From: a virus
Taxonomy: Duplodnaviria > Caudoviricetes
Direction: 5' to 3' (one strand)
Length of the DNA: 38,255 nucleotides
Virus record (IMG/VR): IMGVR_UViG_3300030376_008412
Coordinates: 1-38,255 of that record
Under the pieces are notes generated by a model. That model was not told where the DNA came from. It saw only the letters and a list, made by a program, of their open reading frames with translations, and searched no databases. Made by a program: the position numbers and the translations under genes. Numbering within the stretch: position 1 is the first letter of the stretch; every line of letters begins with the position of its first letter. Below, piece by piece: positions 1-10,400 of the stretch.

Positions 1-1
1 T

Positions 2-190
2 GCTCCTACAATTGAAGCTAAAATTGATGCTTTTAATACTATTGCCATAGAGCCTATAAACCTTGGAGTAATTGAAGATATGCAGAATAAGATGAGTTTT
101 GAGTCATATACTGTAGATCAAATGCTTGCTATAATGTTTGCAGAATCAGGCGGTAGAAGTGAAGCTATAAACGTAAATGATAGGAGATAG
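2..190 (+). CDS. 3' end of a virion protein (5'-partial) ending in a lytic transglycosylase-like motif
   Basis: Open frame 2 from the window edge to TAG 188-190. It translates ...QMLAIMFAESGGRSEAINVNDRR*, resembling the SLT catalytic AIxxxESgG motif. Confidence 0.6.
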   Translation, partial: APTIEAKIDAFNTIAIEPINLGVIEDMQNKMSFESYTVDQMLAIMFAESGGRSEAINVNDRR

Positions 191-193
191 ATA

Positions 194-745
194 ATGCCTT
201 ACGATTCTTTAGGTAATTGGATTACGCCAATGGGTTTTGAAGATTATGACCAAAGCTCACTATTTGAACAGGTTCAGTCTGGAAACACAGCTAATATTGT
301 TACAGATATGTTAACTAATTATAATTATTGGGATGAGTTTGTAGATGCTTTTGAACAAGGAGATCAAACGATAACTAATCCTGTTACAGGTGAGCTCTAT
401 GAAGGTGGGATTGACGATATAGGCACTTTTATATCAGGGTATATAACTCCCTATGATGCTAGAGGCATGGAGCAAATAAGAACTTCTTCTGAAGCTGAAA
501 AGATTCGCGCTAGAGAAGAGATGTATACAGGTACCTTACAAGCTTCTAAAATGGCTGGTAAAGGAGGTTTTTCAAGTGGCTATGCTTCTTCTCAAAGAAA
601 GGCTAATTTATGGGATGAATATATGCGTACTAATCGTCAAATAGATTTGAGTAAAGCTAGTAAAATCAATAAAGAAAAAGGCGACTATTTAGATCAAATG
701 TTTGATGAAATAGCAGATACCTGGACTTTAATGTATGGAGATTAA
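194..745 (+). CDS. Putative virion/ejection (pilot-like) protein, paralog of the next gene's N-terminus
   Basis: 183 aa with AGGAG SD. Shares TPYD...ASxxxGxGGFxSxY...QIDxxK...D blocks with 752-1729. Confidence 0.6.
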   Translation: MPYDSLGNWITPMGFEDYDQSSLFEQVQSGNTANIVTDMLTNYNYWDEFVDAFEQGDQTITNPVTGELYEGGIDDIGTFISGYITPYDARGMEQIRTSSEAEKIRAREEMYTGTLQASKMAGKGGFSSGYASSQRKANLWDEYMRTNRQIDLSKASKINKEKGDYLDQMFDEIADTWTLMYGD

Positions 746-751
746 TAATAA

Positions 752-1729
752 ATGAGCAATGGAATGGATTATGGAGATATGTCTGGAATGTCTCTTTATC
801 AATTGTTAGAGCAATTTGGAATGGATCACCAAGATTATGGTGACATCTATGATAATGAGTGGGCAGATCAATACAGCAGATATTTTACTCCATATGACCC
901 TACTGAGCAAGAATATATAGTTAAAAAGTCAGGAATAGCAAAAGAGACTATTATGTCCTCTTTGGGAGATAATTTATCAAAAGCATCTAATATTGTAGGT
1001 TCAGGAGGATTTCAGTCTAGTTATCAAGAAAATATGTTATTAGACAGTGTTTTTACGGAAGCAGACACAAAAATTTCACAGATAGATATTACTAAAGGAG
1101 CTAACATATATAAAGCTCAAAAAGATTGGGCAGAAGATTTTTACGACACAATTTCAGACCTTGCTAAAGTAGGGGCATTTATGCCATATGAAGAGGAAGC
1201 AGTAATTGCTGAAGATACTTTTGTTGATACAGGAGCCCCTATTATTGATCCTCTAGAAATTCAAGGTGAATGTGAGAGTTCTGGAGGAGTATGGGTAGGT
1301 GGTGAATGCTTATATGTTGACCCAGAAACAGGAGAAGGGACATGTTATAATCAAGCTGGAGGTGTTGTTGATTGTAGTTCATCTGAATGTATTTCTGGTC
1401 CTTGTGGGGATTCAGCTGGAGGAGGCGGTGGTTGTCCCCCAGGGTATGTAGATGTATTTGGCTCTTGTGTGCCAGATACTGGTGGCTGGGGTGGTTTTCC
1501 TTCAGACGCACGATTAAAAGAAAATATTTATCATGTTGGGGAGGAGAAAGGGTTAAATATATATGAGTTTAATTATAAAGATACAAAATATGGAGAAGGA
1601 AGATATACTGGAGTAATGGCTCAAGAGTTATTGCAAACAAGTTACAGAAATGCTGTACGTTTTGATGACGATGGCTATATGATAGTAGATTATTCCCAGC
1701 TCCCAGTTAACATGGAAAAGGTAGAATAG
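752..1729 (+). CDS. Virion protein with Cys/Gly-rich segment and C-terminal peptidase S74 autoproteolytic chaperone domain
   Basis: C-terminal SDARLKENI...IYEFNY...GVMAQEL...DGYMIVDYS is the S74 pattern. It is preceded by 8 Cys in a Gly-rich stretch. Confidence 0.8.
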   Translation: MSNGMDYGDMSGMSLYQLLEQFGMDHQDYGDIYDNEWADQYSRYFTPYDPTEQEYIVKKSGIAKETIMSSLGDNLSKASNIVGSGGFQSSYQENMLLDSVFTEADTKISQIDITKGANIYKAQKDWAEDFYDTISDLAKVGAFMPYEEEAVIAEDTFVDTGAPIIDPLEIQGECESSGGVWVGGECLYVDPETGEGTCYNQAGGVVDCSSSECISGPCGDSAGGGGGCPPGYVDVFGSCVPDTGGWGGFPSDARLKENIYHVGEEKGLNIYEFNYKDTKYGEGRYTGVMAQELLQTSYRNAVRFDDDGYMIVDYSQLPVNMEKVE

Positions 1730-4447
1730 ATGTCAATAAAAATGAGCACCCCTTTAGCAGATTCTTTAAATACTTTACAAAAAGTAGCAACAAATATTTT
1801 AGACCAAGAGTATAATTACCGAAGGTCTAAGAAACTAGCAGAAGATACTCGTGAAATTGATTTTAAATGGAAACAAAGAGAAAATGCAGATGCTAAAGAT
1901 ATTGTGTATAAAGATGATGGGTCTATTGATTGGAAAGTTACTGATAATAAAATTCAATATACTAAAAAATATAAAGAGGTAGGAACAAATAATGCTAAGC
2001 TAAATACTCATTCTTGGTGGTTAGATACGAAAAAACTCCCTAGTGGAGAAATTGTAGGAGTAGATAATACTCCTGAGCAGCTAACAAAAGAAGACTTAGA
2101 TGCCGATACGGATGCTATTAGAGCTATAATTAATGGTACTAATGACGAATTAACAGATCATGATATTAAAGGTTTAATGTATTATGGTATATTTGACGAT
2201 TCTGACGACGAGCTTCATATTGGTGGTCAAGAAGAAGAAATGATAGCAGAAATTAGAGCAGGTTATTCAGATGAGTTTATGGGGCCTAAAATAAGAAGTA
2301 TTATTGGTAGGAGATGGGATATTATTTCTCAAGGAATATTAGAGAATAAGCAGTTCAAAGATAAAGATTCTGTTATGAAGTATAGGGCTGATAAAATTAC
2401 ACTAGCTGGGGCTACAATTAGTGCATTAGGAGAGCAGAATTATATACAAAATGTTGCTACTAGTTTAAATTCTGTTAGAACTGGTCTAAAAAATCCTGAA
2501 GGTGCACGCTTAGGGTCTATGCTTTTTAACAGTATAGATGACGAAGGCAAGACTCAATGGTTCGACAGAGATGGGAATAAACTAGATAGAGATGAGTTTG
2601 AGGGCCAGTATAAGATAGCTTATGGTATAATAAATTCTGGAGATCCAGTTCGAGCATTTACTAAAGCTTATAATGATGTTCCAGAAGAGCAAAGGGATAA
2701 GTTTTTAGAAACATTTAAAAAAGAATCTCCAGAACTTTATGAGACTATGATAACAAGTAAGGACCAATTTGCAACATACGCTATGTATCAGTCCGCTCAC
2801 GATGCTATTATAAGGTCAGGAATAGGCGATACAAGGGTAGATTTATCTGTTTTTGAGGGTAATGGTGGCGATCTAAGAAGAGGGCTTAAAAACATTAAAA
2901 ATAACTCTGCTATAAGTGTATCTAAAACAGACTTATCAGGCATTGATATAGACTCAAAAACTGATGAACTTGTTGGCGCAGGTATCCCTTCAACATATAT
3001 GATAGGTACCCCAGAAGTTCTAGCCTCAGGAACTACAGAAGAAGCAGTAATATCTTATAAAAGCGATTTAATAGATAGAATGTTTAACAAAGATACTACA
3101 TCTCAGTGGAAAGAATCATTATTGCATGCAGAGGCAGATAAAGGATTTTCAGAAACTTCTAACTCTGCTAAAGTTACATTAAGCGAAATAAAAGAATCAA
3201 TAGGCTCCGATAATTGGGCTGAATATGAAAATTGGAAGATAGAGATTGACGATGAATACAAAGACCTTATTTTAGAAAACAGGATAGAGCCAGGATGGTC
3301 CTCTGACCAAGTTATAAAAGGAGTAAAGGAGTATACGCAAGCTATTGTAGAAGTTCAAAGAACTCATAAAAGAAGACAAGACTTACTTCCTGAGCTAGAA
3401 AACTGGTATACAAAATGGCAAGATTTTGCGAATAGAGCAAACTCTATGTCTCAAGGAGTTGAAGGAGTAGGTCAAGGTGCAGACTGGAGAAATCCTGATG
3501 CGTCAGATGGAATAAAATGGGAAACCGTTGGAGGAGATAATTTTTTTAGAGCTCACCCTGCATTTAAAGAAGAATATCTAGCTCTGTCTGAAGAACACGA
3601 TATTTTAATGAACTCTTTTACTGGATTAGATCAAAAAACAGATTTTGATTGGACAGATTACCCAGATTTAATGCTTAAAAATATTAGAGCAGGAGCCCAA
3701 AGAGGTGAGGGAATGGTGTATAGGCATGGAGGAGGAATTGTTGGTGTACCAGGAGAATGGGCTCAAGAAACTACAGGAACAGTTTCAGGTGCTCCATGGG
3801 ACGATACAATGCAAACATCTCAGCTTCAAATTCCACATATATTAGGGCATTCAAGAATACATCCAGACATGTTTAACGATGAAACTAACTCATGGTATGT
3901 AACCTATTTTGGTAGTGAAGGATTGGAAATGAAGGCTACAGGTGCAGGGCCTTATAATATGGCTGGAGGATATGTTAGTAGTCATGAATTAGGTCCCACA
4001 TCTCTTGTCCCTAAGTATGACGCTCAAAATAGAGAATATATTGGCGCTAGTCCGATATACACTGGAGGCCCCTCTGATCTCTTGGAACGAGGCGGTGAAA
4101 GAAATCCAGCATCAACATCATCTGATGTTATGGGTTCTTTAAGTTTAGGTGCCTTATTTAATGAAAGACGCCCTGGAGCTGGACCTTACGATAGGCCTGG
4201 CAGAAGAGAAGGAGTTGGTGAAGATGCAGGTTGGGCTGGAAACTATGCTTGGGAAGACTTAGTGCGTATGTCTGAGGGCGAGGGCGAGGCAGCTAATTAT
4301 GCAAATGCTCTAATAAAATTGGGTGTCGCTAGAAGCAAAGTTGAGGCTATGTATGATATGGGAGACTTTGAAGGTCTTAACGATTTATATAAAACAAATA
4401 GTTTAAATGAATTAGTTGAAGATATCAAAAGAGGACTTGGGGATTAA
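1730..4447 (+). CDS. Large virion cargo/ejection protein
   Basis: 905 aa, acidic, no Cys seen, directly upstream of the RNAP-like gene. Function inferred from position. Confidence 0.55.
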   Translation: MSIKMSTPLADSLNTLQKVATNILDQEYNYRRSKKLAEDTREIDFKWKQRENADAKDIVYKDDGSIDWKVTDNKIQYTKKYKEVGTNNAKLNTHSWWLDTKKLPSGEIVGVDNTPEQLTKEDLDADTDAIRAIINGTNDELTDHDIKGLMYYGIFDDSDDELHIGGQEEEMIAEIRAGYSDEFMGPKIRSIIGRRWDIISQGILENKQFKDKDSVMKYRADKITLAGATISALGEQNYIQNVATSLNSVRTGLKNPEGARLGSMLFNSIDDEGKTQWFDRDGNKLDRDEFEGQYKIAYGIINSGDPVRAFTKAYNDVPEEQRDKFLETFKKESPELYETMITSKDQFATYAMYQSAHDAIIRSGIGDTRVDLSVFEGNGGDLRRGLKNIKNNSAISVSKTDLSGIDIDSKTDELVGAGIPSTYMIGTPEVLASGTTEEAVISYKSDLIDRMFNKDTTSQWKESLLHAEADKGFSETSNSAKVTLSEIKESIGSDNWAEYENWKIEIDDEYKDLILENRIEPGWSSDQVIKGVKEYTQAIVEVQRTHKRRQDLLPELENWYTKWQDFANRANSMSQGVEGVGQGADWRNPDASDGIKWETVGGDNFFRAHPAFKEEYLALSEEHDILMNSFTGLDQKTDFDWTDYPDLMLKNIRAGAQRGEGMVYRHGGGIVGVPGEWAQETTGTVSGAPWDDTMQTSQLQIPHILGHSRIHPDMFNDETNSWYVTYFGSEGLEMKATGAGPYNMAGGYVSSHELGPTSLVPKYDAQNREYIGASPIYTGGPSDLLERGGERNPASTSSDVMGSLSLGALFNERRPGAGPYDRPGRREGVGEDAGWAGNYAWEDLVRMSEGEGEAANYANALIKLGVARSKVEAMYDMGDFEGLNDLYKTNSLNELVEDIKRGLGD

Positions 4448-4470
4448 AGGTAAAGCAAAAGAGGAGATAG

Positions 4471-7400
4471 ATGGCTAAGGATGCTGTACAAAGTTATTTA
4501 GATTTAATAGAATCTTCTAATCAAGGGGTTTCTTTTTATGATGCTATGAATTTATCTAAGGATGAAGATACTTCTACAATCGGTACTGTTGAAGACTCAC
4601 AGGAACTTGCTCCAAAAACAAGTCCTTCCCCTAATATGACATCTTCTATAGCTCAAAGCTTTCTTCAAAGAGAAGAAGATGCTCTTAAACCTAAGAAATA
4701 CAAAGATCAGAATTGGTGGAGTACAGTAGGTAATGCTGTTTGGAGTTTTGGAGATGAGGCTTTATTTGGTGTTCCTGAATGGATAGCTACCAAAGGCTTC
4801 GGTGTTGAATTTGAGAAATGGGAAGACCAAACAGGTACGGAGAGGGCTCTAGAGACATTAGGAAGATTTGGAGGATTTGCAGTTGGAGCACCTTTAAAAC
4901 TAGGTAAAAAAGCCGTTGAAGTTGTTGGCGGAAAAGTTATTAATAAAGTTTTAAGAGAAGAAACTACAAGTCAACTAGTTAATAGAACTAGAAACGCAGC
5001 TGTAAAAGCAGTAGGAGACCTTCCTGGAGCATCTGCAGCCGTAGGACAAACTATTAAAGAAGCAGGTAATGCTTATTATCAAATTAATAAACGAGCTCAA
5101 TGGTCTAACAGTTTTGGAAAAAACTTTACTACAAAAGCTTCTGATACTATGAGAAAACTTGTAGATAAGCGAGTTGCTAGAAAAGAAGTCACTTATGATG
5201 AGGGTGAAGCTTTGTTTAAAATATTTAATGATAATTTAACCAAGCAATCAGCACATGATTTTGCTAGCCTTATGCAAATAAAATATAAGGGAGGAAAAAA
5301 AGGAGCTATTCTTGGAGAAATGATTAATGAAGCTCTTGTTTGGGGGACTATTGATGCAGTCATGGAATACCCTCGTTCTCAAGCTGAAGATAGACAATAT
5401 GACTGGACAGTCCCTATTTTTGGATTTGCAATGGGTTCTGCTTTAGGTCCTTTAGGGATGTGGAATTTAGGTGGTAAAAATGCAAGCTTTAAGAAAACTC
5501 TTGGTGATGGTATGAGAGCATTGTTCAGTACTAATATCTATAAAAATATGGAACTTTCTAAGTTACGAGATTATTCTAAATGGCATGGTGACGATATGCT
5601 TTATGATTTAGCTGGAAGAAAATATAAAGATGCACCAAAGCCAACAACAACAATAGAGCATAGAGGGGAGAAATATATTGTTGATTTTTCAGAGCCTAAA
5701 GGTTCACTATCAATTGATTTAAGTACTAAAAAAGCTATGTCTGAAGATACTCAGGCAACAATATTGAGAAAAGCATTAAACAAAGAACGTAAAAAACATG
5801 GTAAAGATTTAGTTAAAATGGCTTTTACTGAAGAATGGGATAATTTAAAGAAAGTTTTTCCTAGAATGATTTCTGGAGGTTTAATAATGGGTGCCCCTAA
5901 TGCTGCTATGATGGCATTAGGTGAAGAAGATTTGGACTGGCAAACTACATTTACTCATATTCTTATGGGTGGATTTATAATGAGAAAAGGATATGGAGCA
6001 AACTGGGACATGCAAGGTGCTAAAATGGCTAAGCTTAGAAGAGGTATAGCTACTTTAGGGGTGGATGTTCACAGTGATAAGTTTAATATACCTATATTTA
6101 AGAGATATGGTACTAGTAGCTTAGACCCTTTTAATACTAGTGGTGGCTTGGGTGAAATAAAATCACAAGCATTGCAACTAGGGGTTCTTACTAAAAATAG
6201 CGATGCAACAGACGGAGTTCTTCCTAAAGGAGAAAGGTCAGCTTATGATGAAATAGCTGAAGGAAATCTTGGACTATTTCATAAATTCTATTTAGAGGTT
6301 TCTAATCCAGGTATTGATACATACAGAGTATCTTTACATGATATCCCTGCAAGCGCAGCCAAGAATCTAGAATCTAGAATAAAGCTAACCGAATGGGATG
6401 AGCTTGGTGGAGCTAAAATGACACATCCTCAAGACTGGGATATGGTTTGGAATACAGCTGTTGAAGATGGTATTGGCCATATGTCTTCTGTTTTTGACAA
6501 TGCTTTAAGACAAGTGTTAACCGATAGAGGATTAAATTTTGATACTGATTCTGGTTACAATATGGGTAATTTATGGGAAAATGTTTATGTAGGGGATGCA
6601 TTAAAAGACGAAGCCAGAAAAGGGCTTGATGGAAAGTTAGACTTTTTGTTTAGGGATGACCCAGATGGAGATTGGGTAAATGATCCTGATTTAAGACCTG
6701 AGATACTTGTATCCGAAATGAACAAAATAAATAAGCTTATAGCCATTAATCAAAGAGTAGGTAGGGCTGGAAAGAATTTAAACACTCAAACAAATAATAG
6801 AGAGCTCGGTGGCAAAGATCATGATGAGCAAAATATTGATATTGCTGCTGATAAAGTTAGACATATATACAGTACTATTAAGGCTGCTGAAGACCAACTT
6901 ACTGCAGACTTAGGAGGTAGTGTAAAAATAGATCTGTCAAATGTAAATCAAGATATAGTTTCATTGATGGATATGAATACTACTAAAAGGGGAGCTCAAA
7001 AGGTTGAGCTTGCTTTTAATAAAGATGAAATAACTCATGAGGGCTTGAGAAAAAGTTTAATAAATGCAGGTATACTTGTCAGGGACGATGATGGTGATAT
7101 TAAGCTTCCTAATAGGTTGGGTGAATTAGAAGAAGCAATAATTGAAGCACCTATCAATGACCATGTTGCTAAAATGGAGGCAGTTAAGCTAGTTAGAGCC
7201 GCTTATGGTCTGTTGGGAGCAATAAGACAATATAAGGGTGTAGACAAACCTATAGGAAAAATAGACTATAGAATATTGATGGGTAATTCAAAAGGTTCTT
7301 TGTATTACGAGTTAAATCAAAGAGGGATTCAGCCTCAAGTTTTTACAAATATCGCCCAAATGGTATCGTCTAATATAATTGCAAAAAAAGTTGCAAATAC

Positions 7401-10400
7401 CAAATTAGTAACTGAGCAGGTTTCTTTTCTTAATGCAGGTATGATTGAAGAGTCTATGCCAGACTTAATGATTTACAATTCTCCTGGCGAAGGTAGACTT
7501 GGTGGATTTGAGGGGAAAAAATTAGTAACGACCAGTAAAGATGCTGATGATATTGCTATTGTCAATCAATACAACAGAAAGATAGACCAGATATCTAAAG
7601 ACTCAGAATCTCCTGATGGTGGTAGATTATTTCAAATAATTGGTGAAAAACCAATTACTAATCCTAATCAATTAATAAAAATTCAAGATTTGATGATTAG
7701 AGAAAATCAGTTTTTTGATCAGTATGATCAGCCTTCAATATTTCTAAAATCATTCTTTGATGCTATAGAGGGATTTGAACCTTTAAAATATGCAGCTAAA
7801 GAGTTTATAGACCTTAATCCAGGTAATGCAGGTAAGCTAATAGCTATGATGAAATCTACAGGTATTATAAAAATAGATCCTTCAATGGGTACTCCTGCTT
7901 ATAAAGTTGATGAACAAGAATGGTTTAAAACTCTTACAGATGAAGGTAAGGATAAGATGATTAAGTTCATGAAAGGATATGGAACTAGTATCGATGTAGT
8001 AGAATCTAGAATGAGTGACTATGCTGCAAGATATCATCATAAGTCTGAAAATATGTTTGCCTCATCTATAGGTGAAAAGGGATTAACTCAAGCAGAATTT
8101 TTTCAAAAATATTTTGGAGGAAGTGCTTCTGATGTTAAAGATCAAAATGAAATAATTTTTAACGCTTTGTCTAAGGACGATAACATAGATTCAGTCTTAG
8201 ATATTATAAGGTCTATGACCCATATTGACAAAGAAGAGCTTATTTTTGATGTTAACGCAAAATTACCAATGCTTTCTAACGAACAATATGATTTAATGAT
8301 AATGGAAACAGTTAGCCTTATTCACAGTAGAATAAATAGTGATAAAATGAATCATATTGATTTTTCTGGAGGAGATTTTAGGCATAGTGTTCAAACTATT
8401 CAAAAAAACCCTATAACCGATTACTTAAGTCAAAATATTGCAGGAGAGGGTATAGATAGCTTTTTTATAGACCCAACTATTCGATACAGAGATGATGAAG
8501 GAAATCTTCACATAGTAGATGTAACTACCGTTACCAATACAGATATTAAAAGAGATCCAGGAGGGAAAAAAGCTAAGGGTTATAGACATCTTAAAGAATC
8601 TTTGCTGGGAGTAGAGGATATCGTATCAGTAGATAGAAAGGATAAAAATTTAGTTATAAAAAGGTCTTCATTAGATGCTTCAGGGACTAAGCAAGGGATA
8701 GAAACTATTGTTATAGGAGAAAAGATTCCTATGCTTGGTATATTTAGAAAGGATTTTGCCAAGATTGAAGCAGAGTTTATAAATGTTATGAAAGATTTTG
8801 ACAGGGGTGGAAAATATGAAAACTTATTGACTGCTGATGGGAAAATAAAGCTTAAAAATATGTTAAGTACTTTTGACACAGACGTAACTACTGGACAAAG
8901 TATTAATAAGCAATGGAACCCAATGCATTCTCAAGCTATAAGAGATTTACTTTATCTTAAAATGGTTGGACCTAAAGAATTTGCCTCTCTTTTTAGCACA
9001 GGCTTAGATACGGCTGGAAATACGCTTGATAAGGTTGCTAAAAGATTTGGGTTGGCCTATACCCCATCTGCTAAAAGAATGAGCAAGGATCTCTATAAAA
9101 TGACTTCTAGGGCTTTTTGGGAACTTTCGCTTAAAGGTAATTATATACGTATAGGCAATGATCGACTTGAAACTAGACAGGCATTAAACCATTATGCTAA
9201 AAGAGGCAAGTATGGTGTTGCTGTTTATGATGACGACCCAATTACTAATTCGGACACTTCTATTAAATTAAAGTATGAAAAATTAATGGATCAACTCTAT
9301 GGAGATAGCCCTAACAAACCTACTTGGGAAGATTCTCAAGCTGGGAGAGATGATGTTTCTGGCTTTGACTCTATAGCATTTATAGGTACTAGAAAAGCAA
9401 GAGCTTTATCCGCAGGTACAGGTATGCTTGCAAAAGGTATTCATTCCATATTTAAGCCTATAATAAGCTCTAATGATCCCAATGCTATGCTTTATGGAAA
9501 AACAGTATTTATATATGACCCATATATGGCTAAAAATGTTATCGATAAAAATGATAGACTAGATGTCTTGCTTATGGGTACAGGTGCAAAGCTTGGTGGT
9601 GGAGATCAAATTAAAATGTCTGTAAACGACCTAACAGGCGAAACTCCTGGAATAAACAATAAGCACAATTACTTAGATAAAAATATTGTAGACTATGATT
9701 TAAATTCCTTAGGCATTATTCAAGCCCCTAAAGTTCAGGCTGCTGCAAAATTTGGACAACAATTAACATCCTATATGAATGATATAGAATGGAAACCTAT
9801 TTACGAAGCTTATTATCAGAATAATGTTGATAAAGCTAATCAAATGATGGATGAGTACTTAGACAATCCTGTTATGCTTAGAGAATTTATGTTAGATGCT
9901 AACGGTTTAAGTGATGACTACATTTTAGCTGAAATGGCTGAGGGAGGTGGAGCTGGAGCTCAGCTTGCATCTTTTGGAACTTTTTTAGCTTCTTCTAAAT
10001 TTGCAAATCCAATGGCTTTTGGTGAAAATATGATTATGAATGTCTTTAAGAGAAAGATGCTAGATAAAATATTAAATCCTTCAGCTGTTGTAAGGCAAGG
10101 AAGTGAAGAAGTTCAGTTTGGAGGAAAATCTGTATTAATTCAAAGTATGGACCCTCGATACAGAGCCTTAAAAGGCACTATAATTGAAGGTGAAGGAGAA
10201 GATGCAAAAGTTATTCAATACGGAGAAACTGTGCTATCTAATTCTACTGCAGATATTCCTTTAAGAGAAATTCTTGATACTAAAGGAACTCAAAAGCATG
10301 ATTTTTCTCTTAGATTTATAAGAAGAACCAAAGAAAGGGATGCAGATGAAGTTTGGACTAAAAAAGAATTACTAGACTATTTAGAAAAATCAGGTCAGAA

